A DNA stretch of 64,000 nucleotides from contig NC_058368.1 in assembly GCF_018350175.1 (NCBI RefSeq), positions 68,884,001 to 68,948,000 of the forward strand, read 5' to 3'. Source of the stretch: Felis catus. Its lineage: Eukaryota. The stretch's first letter is position 1. Each line of letters opens with the position of its first letter. This document shows positions 23,988-38,802 of the stretch, one piece after another. Under the pieces are notes generated by a model that did no database searches, had not been told where the DNA came from, and saw nothing but the letters and a program-made list of their open reading frames with translations. Position numbers and translations under genes: made by a program.

Positions 23988-24702
23988 GGCAATGTTAGGA
24001 ACAGAGGCTCCTGGGAGGAATGTTACATTGTACCACCTCTCCAGTGTTATTCCCCACTCTCCCCCCCCCTTTTCTCATCAAGCTTCCATACCATTCTCTT
24101 GAAATCAAAAATAATGAAAGCCATTGCTTATTTTCTCAATAAAGACACGTCATTAAATCATGATGGGGCAGCCCCTGGAAAGAACAAATTTCTGGACAAA
24201 GGTCACACAGAGGTCACATAGTCCTAAAATCCAACCTGAGTCCAGACAGTCTGAGGAGTTAGGTTTTGGTGGTGTTCCTCTCTCTGGTAACTTTACTAGG
24301 GTTTTCCCAGGACTTTGGTTTATATAAACAGAGGAAGAAGTTTATTTACCAGGCCTCATGTGTAAACTAAGATGATCTAAATTAGGGAAGTCTAACTCTT
24401 TCTTTGCTAGAGAAGCCTTCCTTCAAACAAAACGTTCCCCCACAGAAGTTCTCGGGCAAGACAGGAGCAACGTGCTCTAATTGCGAGGGGCTCTCCCCTG
24501 CTGAGCTGCGGCTTCTGGTCAACCTGGCAGTGCAGAGCTGGAGACCCACTCACTTAACTAGAAAACCTGTCGTTTTAGACAGGGAGAGAAGTACATCAGC
24601 ATGACAGCTTAGGAGACTTGCCTCCCAGGCTCTAAAGATGTCTGAGCAAGCTGATAGGATATATACAGAAGAACAAACACACTACAGATTAGATATACAT
24701 TC

Positions 24703-24704
<2 letters not shown>

Positions 24705-24770
<66 letters not shown>
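24705..24770. repeat. (CT)n(CA)n compound microsatellite
   Basis: Direct reading. Confidence 0.97.
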
Positions 24771-24773
<3 letters not shown>

Positions 24774-26869
24774 TTATATGGAGAACAAACTAAACACTTG
24801 TTATCCATAAACACAAAGAGGATGTTTCAGTTCTGCACAAAGGGAAGATCAGGCTCTGTGCTTCCTAAGAGTCGAAGTTAAGACTCTTAGGTTAAGAGCA
24901 AAGTTTCCAGTCATGTTGCCCAAGGTGGACTCTTAACTCTGCTTCCTTACATCTTCTAAGCTTCAGTGTTTTTCATCAGTACACTGGGGCTGACAATAGG
25001 GTCTACCTCACCAGGACATTGTAAGGATTAAATAAAAGAATACACACTGACCGCAGAACAGAGCCTGTCACGTAGCGGACTCTTCAGTGAATGTTAGTGA
25101 CTGTTCTTAAAATAATATTAAAATAGGCTCTTGTGTTTCCCTGTAAATATTTATTTCCTCGCCCTATCCAAACAACTCTTGGCAACTAAGAGGCACCTCT
25201 GCTATTTCGTCGATGACAATTAATGTCAAGAGCTGACAGGCAAATTATAGAGAATGTATAATAACAAATAATGAACCGCATTATTTCTGTGGAAGCCTAC
25301 AATTACTTCCATTCAACAAATGCTCACTGAGCCCTGACTAAGCACCGTTAAGCTGTTCAAGGGATGTGAACATAAGCAAAGTCCCATCCCTACCCTCAAG
25401 AAGCTTCCCGTGTGGCAGAAGAGGAAAAATAAACCTGTGAGCAGCAGAGGAAGGATGCAGCACACTGGATTAGTTTCCCAGGGCTAACAAAACAAACACC
25501 ACAGAGAGCCGCGTACAACAGAAATGTGTTCTCTCCCAGTTCTGGAAGCTTTCTGCCTCCTGAATTCCTGCTCCTTTGCCGGAAATGTTTGTCTTCTCCC
25601 TCTGGACATGGCAGAATCATTGACCAACTGGAATTTCACGAACTAACGAGAGCTGCCTTGGCCAATATCTGCCCCCTTCCCCAGCATGGCCTTTGTCCAG
25701 TTGATTGATGGAGTTCACAGGCCCAACTTTGCCCAACTGAGTCAGCAGTGAAGGTTCACCCCCTGCTGCCCATGGGGCGGGCTGAGGCCTTTGTTGAGAC
25801 TGTCTCACAGCCTGGCTTCTTCCTCTGCTCAATCCTGCTCCCTTCCCCTCCACATGGGGTTGGACTCTCCACCTCAGAGTCTGCTTCTCAGGGAACCGAA
25901 ACTTTGATACCGAAACAAATCTACCATTGATTAGTTCCATTATGCAAGCATTTGATTTCCTTTTAAACTGAGGTCAGAAATATATCTAAAGTCATGATTT
26001 GATTATTTTTGACAAATTATTTGCTTATAAAAGTGTCTTGCCTGAGAGAGTACCAAATTAATCATAGAAGAAAAAGGAGAATGATAAGAAAGAAGTCAAA
26101 ACTGAAGTATTTTCTAGTATGTATTCCAAAACACGATAAAATTTCACATACTGTAAGGGGAAATACAGCTTTTATATTAAAAAGACACCAGTGAAAGTCA
26201 GGTTTAACTTGGTCCAAATTTTTACTCTTAATCTTTTATATTCCTTTTATATGTCAATTCTTGTTTGAAAAGAAACCAGGAAAATGATCCAATTGGTTCT
26301 TATGAAAGCCAAGCATCTTCATATAAGGTTAAAACAAAGCGCACTAAGTTTGCATTTGACAACTACAATCCTAGAGCCAGATTCAGCTATAGAACGTAAA
26401 GAACATAAAACTCCAGAATGTGGCCTGCTCAACCCATCAAAGCCATTTCAAAGCTAATGGAAGTGATTCTTCTATATCATTCATAGCATTTGCAAGTTGA
26501 AGTGGGTCACACTTGGGAATTAATAGTTGATATGCACTATTGATGATGAAAATCTCCATTGAGACAGCAAGGAGTAATTAAGAAAGCATATACACATAAT
26601 CAATATTGAGATTATCCCAACTCCTCCAAGAGTCATCAACACGTTTCAAATAAAAACCACATATTTGGTGGGTTTGCTCTGGCAAATATCTACAGAGATC
26701 AGTTGATATATTTAGTGCCTGACTAGCTAAAAACATGGGGACTATAACTTTCATATATTCTACTCACAGGAGCCATGGCGGGAGATAGGAAACTGGGTCA
26801 GTGTGGTAGCCCTTTGCTGAGCATTGGTCGGGACTAACACTAACCACACTTCATCCTGTGACATTAAAA

Positions 26870-27100
26870 GGCAGCATAGCACTGTGGTTAAGAGCGTGGC
26901 ATTGGTAGCCCAGCAGGCTGTGTTAAATCCTGGCTCTCCACTTTCCGTCTGTGTGACCCTCAGTGAGGGCGTGAACTCCTCATTCCGTGAAAAGGAGCTG
27001 ATAACAGAAGTATCGAGCACATAAGGGGACAATGAGAAGCAGGTGAGTTAATATACACAAAACTCCTAGAGGTGCGCCTGGAACCTAAAAGCACTAGTTA
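26870..27100 (+). mobile_element. MIR
   Basis: gcagcatagcactgtggttaagagc...aaatcctggctctccact...ctgtgtgacc. Confidence 0.75.
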
Positions 27101-27729
27101 GCTTTGAAAACCAAATCAAACTTGAAAAAGTCAGCCAATTGAAAGGAGCCTCTCTCTATGTGTAGCATTTCTCCGGCAAGACAGCCTCTCCCTGGTGCTC
27201 CTGGCAAACTGACTGGGAGAGCGTGGTTGCCTCCCAGCGGAATGAGGTAAACCAGCGTGGCCGGTCATTGGACACTGGCTGAGCTCAGTGGACAGCTCCT
27301 CTTATTTTATATCCCACAGTAATGAAGCTTCCAGAGACTTGCATTTCTGGGGGCACAACAGAATAAATACAATGAATGAGTCCCTGGTGGAAAATAACAA
27401 AGACAGAGGAATAAAATATTAAAAACATCTCTTTGCACTATGGAGCTATCAAGAAAGTAAGAAATGCTGAAAGGAAAAAAAAAAAAAGGGACGACTTTCC
27501 TGTGAGCTAGCACCAAATCTACCCTTTGCCTGGTGGCACGTGCCCAAACTCCAGTGAACTAGCATCTCCACGTGGCCCAGGAGACCAAAAGCAAGGCTGG
27601 ACCTGTCCTGCCAGAGAGTGGGCAGAAGCCAGAGCCCCAGGGCCTACCTTTGGGGCTGGAGTAATGTTCTCTCGCCTGCCTTGGGCACCAGAGAAACCAG
27701 TAAGCAAGATAAAGAATATTGTTAATGTA

Positions 27730-27902
27730 GGGGCGCCGAGTGGCTCAGTATGCTAAGTATCTGACTTCGGCTCAGGTCATGATCTCTCAGTTCATGGGTT
27801 TGAGCCCCGCGTTGGGCTCTGTGCTGACAGCTCAGAACCTGGAACCTGCTTCCAATTCTGTGTCTCCTTTCCTCTCTCTGCCCCTCCCCCGCCAGTGTGT
27901 GT

Positions 27903-27939
<37 letters not shown>

Positions 27940-27973
27940 AATAAATAAAACATTAAAAAAATTTTTAAATAAA
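27730..27973 (+). mobile_element. SINEC_Fc
   Basis: TSD ATTGTTAATGTA at 27718-27729 and 27974-27985. Confidence 0.92.
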
Positions 27974-30472
27974 ATTGTTAATGTAATATCTTTAAAAATC
28001 CAAACGATGGAAAAAGCCCACGATGAACAAAATAGCAAAACCGTGAACAAAGACTGTTGCTATTTGTTTGACTTGCCGCCCAGTGTCACTGTGCAGGGGA
28101 AACTGCCCTTTCTAATCTGGGCGCCGGTCCCCCTACCCCCCAACCCCAAAGTGGGTTTGTGAAGGTAGTCGCTGGCCTGACATCAGATTAGGCCACATGG
28201 GGCTCTATATGTAGTCATGTTTTTCGATTGTTGAACTTTCATTAACTTTTTTCCCTTGGTCCACAATGTGAGAGGCTATTTTAATATACATATATATATA
28301 TTAAATATATTGCATATATATAGAATATGAGAGCATATCTTGAAAATTGCACACATTCTTCCTTTTGCTTCAGGCTCCAAGAGGGCTCTACAGGGAACTG
28401 CAATCTGGCCATGTTTGAGTGATTGTTTGAATGATCGAAAATAAAATCAATGGACTTAGGAGGCAGTAAGTTCTGTTCTAAGATACAGAGAGAAGGAACA
28501 TTGTCATGAAAACAAGATTTTCCCTATTATACATTTACTATTCTAGTTACTGTTCTCTGTTTACTATTTTCTTCTATAGAATTTTTTGAAAGTCCTGATC
28601 AATACCCGTGGGAATTGATTTTACCACCCACAGTTTGAAAGACAGTATTCTAGGGTAACTACTAAGAGTAACCATGGCAAGTATAACTTTCAAATGGAAA
28701 AAAAAGTTGAGAAAAATAAAATTAAGCAATCCATAAGAAGGTGAGAAAGGAGAAATAAAAAGAGAAACTATAAAAAGAAAATACACAGAAGTCACAAAAT
28801 ATGATAATAGAAATAAATATGTCATTAATGACAATAGATATAACTTATTAATATGTTATTAGTATATATTATTATTGCCAGACTGGATTATTTTTAAATC
28901 TAGGTATGATGTTTACAATAAGCATATCAAAAACATAAACACACAGAAAGTTGGAAAATCAAAAAATGAAAGAGCGGGTGTTAGGAAAAAGGAACCAAAA
29001 GAACACTGGTATAACTACACCGATATCAGATAAAATAAAATTTAAAGCCAAAGCAATACTAGAGATTTTAAAAGGTCACTTTCTAATGATCAAAGGGTCA
29101 ATTCACCAGAAAAATTGGTTCTATACCAGTATGTACATAAAAACATGAATGCAAACTATATAAGCAAAAATTGACAGAACTATGAAAGATCTCATCATGG
29201 TAGGAAATTTAATATATCTGCTTAGTAATTAACTGATCAAGCAAGATCAAGTACATGAGGAAATATCTGAAATATCTAAATAACACTATCAATATGCTTG
29301 TTCTAATAAACACAGAACTCAAAAATGAAGTAATATGAATTATCTTCTTGCACATAGGAAATATTTACAGAAACTCATTCTGTGCCAGGCTATTAATGCA
29401 GGTCTCAGTAATAAATCACAAGTGTTGCGCATCCAATCACATTTTTTCTGATAAAAAAAATGCAGCTTTTAGAAATTAATGATAAAATAATGAGAAATTC
29501 TATTTGCTTAGAAATATAAAAATAGTCCTCTGAGCGAAAGCATAAATGGAAATTAGAAAACACTGAGCAGAACAATAATGAAATAAACACACACTTTAAA
29601 GGTACAAATAAAATGATAAAGGAAAATGTATACCCTTAAATAGTTATGTTATGAAAGAAAGGCCCCAAGTTTGTAAATCAACATCCAAATTAAGAAGTTA
29701 GAAAAAAAAAGCAATGAAAATCCCTAAAACACATAAAGAAGAGAATAATAAATATAAGACAAATTTTCCCTAAAATAGAAAAAAAAAGCTATAATAAAGA
29801 GAATCAGGAAATCAAATATGCAGCCACCAGAAAAGAATAATTCAACAGACAAACCTTTGAAATTATTAGTCAAGCAAACAGAGAGAGAAGACATAAATAA
29901 AGAATATAATGAAGGTGAAATGGCATAAATGAAATCACAGTGCAGACTAACAGGATAGTAAACATCACACACACAGTTTATGCCAATACAATCCCTGGAA
30001 AGCACATATTACCAAAATTCCTCCAAAAAGAAATGGAAAATAAAAGCAGATTCTATAATCTACTGGTCAATCAAAATAATTGAATCAGTGTTAAAAAAAA
30101 AAAAGCCAATTACTCATACACACCCATGCACACACATCATTAGGCACAGCCAACTTTATATGTAATTTTTACCAAATATTCAGGAAACCAAAGATCCAAT
30201 GTTAAACAAATTTTTTTGTAATGAGAGAAAAATAGAAGCATGCCCCAATTCATGTTAATACCAAAACAATGACAAAATCAGGAAAGGACAGTAAAAGACA
30301 GCTCAAATTATGGGGAATGTCACCCCTGAAAACAGATCTATCAGCACATTATCAGTTTCATGGAGAAAAAAAAACCATGATTTTCCGAAAGATGCAAATG
30401 TATCATTAAATAAGATAACATCCATTTGTGATGAAAAATCACTTGACAAATTAGTAATAAAAAGGGGATTCC

Positions 30473-30657
30473 AGGTGCACCTGGGTGGCTCAATGAGTTA
30501 AGTATCTGACTCTTGATTTCAGCTTAGGTCATGATCTTACTGTTCGTGAGTTCAATCCCCACAAGGGGCTCTGCACTCACAGTAAAGAGCCTGCTTGGGT
30601 TTCTCTCTCTCCCTCTCTCTCTGCCCCTCCCCCAGTTATTCATATGTACACATGCGG

Positions 30658-30701
<44 letters not shown>

Positions 30702-30730
30702 TCTCCCTCAAAATAAATAAACTTAAAAAT
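30473..30730 (+). mobile_element. Can-SINE nested in the old L1
   Basis: SINE motifs; approximate TSD aataaaa(a/g)gggga. Confidence 0.88.
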
Positions 30731-31054
30731 AAAAGGGGGAATTTCAATACCTTGATAAAGGACATAGAATTACACCTGAAATAACAATTAATGATAAAAT
30801 GTTCAAAGTTGCCCTTTACTACCAGGAACAAGGTAACTTGCAAACCATTGTTGCTTTTGTCCAACATTGTACAGGAGGTCTTAGCTAGTACTGTAGCACA
30901 AGAAAAAAAATAAAGCCTGAAAAACTAAGAAAGAAAACAAACAAAACTCCTTATTTACAGATGGCGTGGTTTTTTTTTTTGCAGAAAACACCAAAGAATC
31001 AACAGATATGTAGATTAATAGGTGTGCTTATAGAATTGTTGGGATTAAAATTAA

Positions 31055-31330
31055 TATGCATTAATTAAGATAATCTTGCTGTTGTAATAGATATACCTCA
31101 GCAGCTTCACAAAATAACAATGCATTTCTCATCATGTAAAGCTAATTCGGTGGGAGCAAATGAGAAATAGTGTTCTGCTCCACCCAGTCTCTTAGGGACC
31201 CAGCTGATAGAGATGCCACCCTATTCAATATGTGGCTTCCGAAGCCTTCCTGGCATTAACATCCAACAACATACAAAAAGGAGTGGGAGCTATAGAGATT
31301 TTTTTTAATGTTTATTCAATTTTGAGAGAG

Positions 31331-31372
<42 letters not shown>

Positions 31373-31712
31373 GGGGAGGGGCAGAGAGCGAGGTGGGGAC
31401 AGAAGATCAGAAGCAGGCTCTCGCTGACAGCAGCAAACCCAATGCGAAGTTCGAACTCAAGAACCGCAAGATCATGACCTGAGCCCAAGTCAGATGCTCA
31501 ACCAACTGAGCCACTCAGGAGCCCCTGTAGAGGAGGTTTTCATGGCTCAGACCTCAACTAAGTATACATCACAGCTGCCCACATTCCATTGGTCAGCCAA
31601 GGTCATATGGCCACACCAAACCTGATTGAAAGGATGGCCATGGAGAAAAAAATGTGTGTCCTTGAAGAAAGGGAAACACTTCGGGTGAAAAGCAAGGTTG
31701 TTTCTGCCACAT
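31055..31712. mobile_element. MLT1-like (ERVL-MaLR) solo LTR nested in the old L1
   Basis: Composition break within the L1; motifs ccacattccattggtcag...catatggccaca; ends in ctgccaca. Confidence 0.6.
31299..31525 (-). mobile_element. SINEC_Fc nested in the MLT1-like LTR
   Basis: Reverse SINE with (GA)n. Confidence 0.9.
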
Positions 31713-33104
31713 AATAAATAAAAATTGTAGAACTGTACCCAAAGGCAGTTTAAAAATTAATTTTTCAACAAGATTATCAGTGATAATAGCAACAAAAGTA
31801 TAAAGTACCTAGGAATTTCTCTAACAAAAGATGTACAAGACCTTTTTGAGAAAGGTTTTCAACTTTTTGGAAAAAACCTTAATAAACAGAGGGATATCCC
31901 ATGTGCATAAATGAGACATAAAACAGTGTCATTGAGATATCACCTCTTCCCGTATTAACTGATAACTTTCGTGCAATCAAATAAAAATACTAACAAAGTT
32001 GTTTATGGTACCTGACAAACTAATTCCAAGATGTATATGGAAAAGCAAAACACTAAGAATGCCAAAACCCCCACAGGAGAATATGGTAAAGGACTTCCCT
32101 AGCCCACAGCTGAACTAATTATAAAACTATAGTAAGTAAGACAATGTGGAACTGATAAGGTGTTAGACAGGCAGACCTATGGAACAAAAGGCCAAAAATA
32201 ATCTGTCCTTATCAGAAAGATTCACTCATGACGGAGTGACAGAGAGACCCTGAAAATCAGTGGAAACAGGGAAACGATGTAATAAATGGTACTGGGATAT
32301 TTGGCTCCATGAGGGATAAAAAAAATTTTTTTTGATTGGATCCCTACCCCTCACCATACATGAGAATCATCAGTGCCAATTAGATTCAAGGCTTAAATGA
32401 GGGAGGTCAGAACCATAAATTTTTGAAAAGATAATACGTAAGAATATCTTCACCATCTTGGGGGAGGGTAAGATACATTAAATTTTTTTTTCAAGCTCTA
32501 AATCATAAAGGAAAAAGACTGATACATTTAAAGGCTTTAAAATTAAGAACTTCTATTTATCAAGACGATCTAAAGGAAGACAAGAAGACCCAAATAAGAA
32601 AAGATATTTGATACATATGTAAAGATAAAAGATTAGCATCTGGCATATGTAAAAATCTCCTACACATCAATATGAAAAAAGACAAAACAACTCAGTGTAA
32701 AAATGGGCAAAAGACATGATCAGATATTTCACAGAAGAGGAAGTATGCATGGGCCAAAAACATGTGAAAAATTTTCCACTGCATCAGTAATCAAGGAAAT
32801 GCAATTTAAAACCACAATGAGATAACATTTCACACCCATCAGATCAGTAAAAACTTTAAATGTGGAACAAGGCATACTCTCGTACAGTGTTGTTCAGACT
32901 TTAAACTGGTATCATTGTTCTACAAAACTATTTAGCATTACTACCTAGTAGCATATCGCTTGGGTCAAGGGCTGGGAGTGAAGATCAAAGCCCCAGTTTA
33001 CCTGTGATAACAGCAGCCAGGAGTGATAATGAAACTGTGATAGAACTTACTTATACCAGTAACTCACACCAGTGCTGTGGTTTAATGTCTTCAAATATGG
33101 CAAG

Positions 33105-33290
33105 AGGCATAGCCTGGTGGTTAAGTGAGTGGTTTTGAAATCATATTGCCTGAGTTTAAACCTGACTCTGGCCACTTACTAGCTGTGGGCCTTTGCAAGA
33201 CCCTTAGCTTCTCTGTGCCTGAGTTTTACCATCTCTAAAAGGGGACAGTAAGACTGAACATTTAATAAATGCTATTATGATTACTAATTC
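33105..33290 (+). mobile_element. MIR
   Basis: gtggttaag...gcctgagtttaaacctgactctg...ccacttactagctgtg...ctctgtgcctgagttt. Confidence 0.75.
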
Positions 33291-34489
33291 TTTTAAAATT
33301 TCACTGGAGATGAGGATGAAAGTGTAAGGGGTTTGGGGTGGCCCGGATTGGGACAGCACCTGCTGAGGACACCCAGAGCTTACTCATCTTCTGGGTTTGC
33401 TGCCTCCCCAAGACCACCCTCAATTTGTTGTCTCAAGTGAAGGCCAAGTGTGGTATATTTTGGTTTCCAAGCTAGAATAGAGCATGTTCCTAACAATTTT
33501 ATGCAAGTCAGGAAAAATCCCCACATTTTCCATGTGCAGCTTCCAAGCATAAATGAAGAATATGAAGTCTCTGCTATTTTAAAAGCTAATTACTAGTAAA
33601 ATACTTTCAGATTCACATTTCCTGTGAAATAAAATTCTGCCTTTGAAATAGAGGTCTCTGGCAGAGCTATTCAGCAACACCTTTGTTCCAAGCAGGGGTT
33701 TTCCTTTGGTACAGAACACACTGTACCCTACTCAGAAAATGATTTAGTTTTAAAGGGGAGGCAATTAAAGCATATAATTTTCAACACACATTTAAAAATA
33801 TCTACCCCAAACCTACCAAAGAGATATGGATGCTGTTGGTGAGTTCTTTCATTTTTGAAAGTTTTGTGGCCAGTAAATGAAACAAAATGTATAAAGATAC
33901 CCAGTTCAGTGTATGGAATTGAAAACAATAAACAAAATAATTCAACCACAAACAATCTACATTTGGATGACAGATTTTAAGACCTTCCTATCATCAAATT
34001 TCAGCTTCTTTGGAAGAATATATTTTATAAACATCTTCAATGATTCAATATGTTGAATTTTTTTTTCAGTATGTTGAATTTTGGTCCTCTTTCTATATGT
34101 GTCCTATTGGTTCTTCTCAAAAAGCTAGGTTACTTAGAGATTAAGAAGGAATAAAAAGGAATAAATCATGTACAACTCTGTTTCCTAACAACACAATTCC
34201 AAGTTGTGTGTCTCACAATTCAGACCTTGTACCTAGCACTATCCAAATAACAAAAAGTACTTCACAAAGTTGAATAGATCGGGTATGAGCTCATAATTTT
34301 GCAGCGTCATGTGTCCATTTATCTACACAACTGCACGAAGTTTCAAATCCTTCCAAATCATTTCATGTCAAAAAACAGAAACACATTCTCTTCTCTTCTT
34401 CCCTTCTCAGTATAAAAAATGGTGGAACAAACAGTCCTCACTTGCCACCTCCATTCCCTCATGTCTGATTTACTTTTTGTTTTAGAAAA

Positions 34490-35750
34490 GCATTATGCAA
34501 TATTGAAGACTTAAAAAGGTATACAGAATAAAGAAACAAATGTCCATGTACCTACCTCTCAGCCTAATAAATAACATATGTACAGGCAGGGGAACATATG
34601 TACATATGTACAGGCAGGGGAAACTCCTGTGAACGCTGGTAGATTGCATACCTCTTCCTCCCAAATTTGAACTACACCAACCCCATGCACCTCATCATAA
34701 TTTTATCATGTACGTATCCTCAAACCACGTGCAACACTGTTTTGAATTTTTAACTTCATGTAAATGTCATACAATATGTATTCTCCCCCCTTTTGCTTTA
34801 CTCACTCAGCATTATGTATGAGAATTACCCATGCTCATATAGTTGATGTTCATTAGTTTTCACTGCTGTATAGCATTCCACTGTGTGAATATAACTTATG
34901 TCCTGATTAGTAAATACTGTAAATATTCATTTACTACTATGAATGGGCATTAGTTGTTTCCAGTTTTTGAACTAAATCCTCTCCAACTTTTGATATTGCC
35001 AATGTATATGTTTTGCCAGTCTGCTATCCCATTGTGATTTAATTTGCATTTCTCCAATTACTAGTACCATTAAGCCTCTTTCCTATAAGTTCCTGGCCAT
35101 TTGAGTTTTCTGAAAATTATTCTACATGCTAATCTTTTTTTTTTTGAGGGGGGAGTTTTTAACATCGTCAGATTTATCAAGCCTTTTCTTTACAGTTTAA
35201 TAAATTCTTCCTTACTCTAAGGTCATAAAGATATCTTCCTACATTTTCATCGGTAATAATTTTGCCTTTCAAATTATTCCACTGAGAACTGATTTTTGTA
35301 TTTAGAGTAAAGCAGGTACCCAATTTCATTTTGTTTTTCCCTTGAGAATAATGGACTGCTCCACACTATTTCGTGAGCCATGTATCTTTTACCCACTGGT
35401 CTGCAGGGTCCGCTCAGACATCAACAATTTTCTACACATATTGGCTTCCTAACCCATCCTTCTGGGTTCAGTTTCAGCTTCCTTTCAGTTGAGGTGAATC
35501 CCTTAGCAGCCACTAGAAGAGTCAGTGAGTGGTAATCTTCCTTAGAAATGTATGAGAATATTTGCTTTTTCTTGAATGACCTATGTGTGGATACACAGCA
35601 TAATTGTCCTAAAGCATTTTAAAGATATTTCACTGTCTTCTGTTATCTATGAACTCAGAGATCACACATGAGAAGTCAACTGCTGATTTGATTTGTTCTT
35701 TTATACTTACTGTGTCTTGCCTCTTATAGCTTTTTTATTGTTTCTGCTTT
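34490..35750 (-). mobile_element. Old L1 fragments (L1M/L1ME-like)
   Basis: T-rich; motifs gctgtatagcattccactgtgtgaatata and tttaatttgcatttct. Confidence 0.65.
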
Positions 35751-35760
35751 ATCTTAGAAG

Positions 35761-35964
35761 TTTTTTCAATTTTTTAATTTTTTAATATTTATTTATTTAG
35801 AGGGTGGGAGAGGGGCAGAGAGAGAGGGAGAGACAGAATCCCAAGTAGGCTCCACACTGTCAGCACAGAGCCCAATGCGGTGCTTGATGTCACAAACCAT
35901 GGGATCATGACCTGAGCTCAAATCAGGAGTTAGATCTTTACCGACTGAGCCATCCAGGCGCCCC
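35761..35964 (-). mobile_element. Can-SINE
   Basis: Reverse SINE motifs ending in ccaggcgcccc. Confidence 0.9.
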
Positions 35965-37216
35965 TCTCATCTCTCATTTTATCTCCAAACATTGGGAACT
36001 CTGGTTACACTGTATTATTATGTATCTCTAAAGTATTTCCTGTGTTCTCCTACCTTCTTGTCCAAGTTTCTCGTTCCTTCTGCCAAGAAGGCTCTCTTCC
36101 TTTTTAAGCTCACTGAAATCTTCCCCATTATTAAAAACCCACATTCAAGGTCCAAACCCCTCACAAAGTCTTTCAAAATCCTTAAATTGGAATTAATCTT
36201 CCCTTCCCCTGTGCTCCTATAATATTTTGTCTATTTTAATACTTATCACCATCTGCCTTATATTGATACACCTATATGTCTCCATTAGCATCTGAGTCTT
36301 TTTTATTAGCCAACACATACCATAGTGCCTTCTGTATCAGAGACATGCAACAAACATGTATTGACTTAATTGAAGATGAAAAGGAACCAGAAAGAGCCTC
36401 TTACTCCTCTCAACTTTTACCACTTGACTTTATATTTATCTTTAAAATAATAGCTGGGTTTTGCCACTGAGCCAAGCAGCAAGCTGGAAAGGAACAAAAT
36501 TATGAAGTTCCTTTGCAGTTTGGAAGAAGAAACGCATAGACGACACCTTCCCTGACAAAGGAAAGAGGAATTAGGGGTCACAGGGGGATGGAGGGGGAGG
36601 TCATGGAACAAAGGAAGTCTCATACTGTAATCTCCACAAGACGGTCCAGTTGCTGACCTCTTCTGTTCAGTAGGGCAATAAAATATGTCATGGGAGGTCA
36701 GCAGATGTTATGATGGTGGAAAAAGCAGGAATGATACAATTATAAGTAACCAAGGTGCCCAATGGGTCCATTTCAATTTTCTCCTGCCTCTTCTTTCCAC
36801 CAAATGATAGAAAATTGCCATGAGTTTTAAAGCCAGTTATGTATTTGTTGCACAATAATGAAACAACCATGTAAACACCTTTCGTAGTTATTTCCAAACT
36901 AGCCAGATATTCTTATCATGAAGGTGCTGCTCATTTACATGGTCATCCCAGAGCTGAAACACTACGGAGAACTCTTGTGTTGGTCACGAGAACACTGCTT
37001 CTGTAATGAAAGGCACAAAAGTTTGTGTTTTACATTCCTCTTCCCACCAAATTCAAAAGCAAAATTGCTCTTGCTTTTCAGCCATTTATTTAACAAATAT
37101 TGAGTTCTTGTTACCCTATAAGCACGGTGCTAAGAGCTGGAGACAAAATGATGAAAAAAAGCAGGCGTGGCCCCTGACTGCATAGAGTTTACTTGACATT
37201 GGGAGAGGCAGATACC

Positions 37217-37248
<32 letters not shown>

Positions 37249-38802
37249 TGGACACACATAAATATAACGGTTATGAAAGAAGGTCTTATGGAAAGAAAGT
37301 ATAGGAGACTCTGCAACAAAGGAATTTGAGTTAGTCTGGAGAACTAGAAATCCTTCCGAGAAAAGACACACCCTCTGACATTTGAAGGTTGATTCCAAGT
37401 TAAACCGGCAGACTGCAGGGAGGGTGAGGAGAGGGATGTTCGAGAAAGTAGCGTACACAAAGGCTCCGCTCCTTGAGAAAAGCTATTTATGAACACTGAG
37501 GAAAAAACAGCTTTAAAAGCCAATGATTGTGACCACAGAACCCTCTCCTTTCTCTGTCTGCAAGATCTTCAGCGGCCAAGTTCCTGGGATCCTTCATACT
37601 ATTTTATTTAATAAAAGTCAATTACTTAGCAGTTTGGAGAGCTTAAAACTGCAGACTGTTTGGAGAAGTTGGGTGATAAACCTAAGTCCTAATATGAGGG
37701 AGGGAGGGAGGGAGGGAGGAAAAAAAAGAGATGTCAACACCTGAGTGTGTCCTGAATTTTTTAAATTCTGTTTCTGTTTCTGAAACTCCTCCCCACTTCC
37801 TCCACTTCCTCCCTGAGCTCAGATGCACAGTCACAGGGTCAAAATCTTCCTTTCCTTTATTCTGTACTTTTTCTTTCAAATGAAAGGCAGCCATGCACAA
37901 GCCAACTCAGAAAGGATTTCATGACTCGTTTCTCTGGGCAGTCTGTCACTGGACCTACCAGCGAGGCTAATGTAGTATTCTGGTACATTCTGCTGGAGAT
38001 CCCGTGATGGAAAAGAGCAGATAAAAAAAAAAAATCAGATAAAAAGTAGCGGGTCCATTCTGCACATTTCTTGACGTTTCCAGTTTGTTTCACTGATGCA
38101 GAATGACTTTTGAAACTGTTATTTCGTCCAATGTTTGTACCTACTGGCCAGCGTGTTTTGATTCGTGCCCTGGCACCTGCAATAACATTAATCTCTTCCC
38201 ACAGCCCTGCAACAAATATTGAGTCCTGCTGTGCAGGATTGGCACAGCACTAATTCACCTCTCACTTAAATTGGTTTGCTTTCTTACCTTCACTGCAGCC
38301 AACATCTCGGACTAACCGTATCTATGTTTTTAGCATAATGCAAAATGGGGTCAGACCTCTACTTCTTGAGCTGGGTTTAATAAATAAAACTAATAGCGGA
38401 GATGGATGACCCATTTAGACAACAAACGACAAAACCTAAGATGGATTGCGTAATTTGCAGCTCTATGACATGTATTAAATTTCCAGACGTAAGATAAATA
38501 ATTCATGCAAATAACCAAGAGAAGATACCCAAGAATAAAGTTGTGTGGTTATCCTTCAACAGCAGATGAAATAAATGACAAATTTCATTAACTCTTGACT
38601 CAGGATGTCCTATAAATACATTTTAACGAACCACTGTCTAATAGAAACTGGTGTAGAGATCAAGGAAATTCTGTTATCTGTCCTTATCTAGAGGTTTTCT
38701 TGGTATCTAGACCCCTCAGAAAGGAATCACTGTGATTACGGTTGTTTTTACACTGGAGTCGAACTACTACCTTGTGATTTCAGGAATTAAAAGTCCCTCA
38801 CA

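Larger units (their letters stand above)
28600..32940 (+). mobile_element. Ancient, heavily degraded L1 (L1M-type ORF2 remnant) with nested insertions
   Basis: A-rich + strand; endonuclease-like remnant (ISDKIKFK...GHFLMIKGSIHQ) and distal motifs aaatgggcaaaagacatga and aaaaccacaatgagata. Confidence 0.85.

Noticed and set aside
28951..29148. Endonuclease-like ORF
   Set aside because: Short remnant of a dead L1 ORF2, surrounded by stops and frameshifts.
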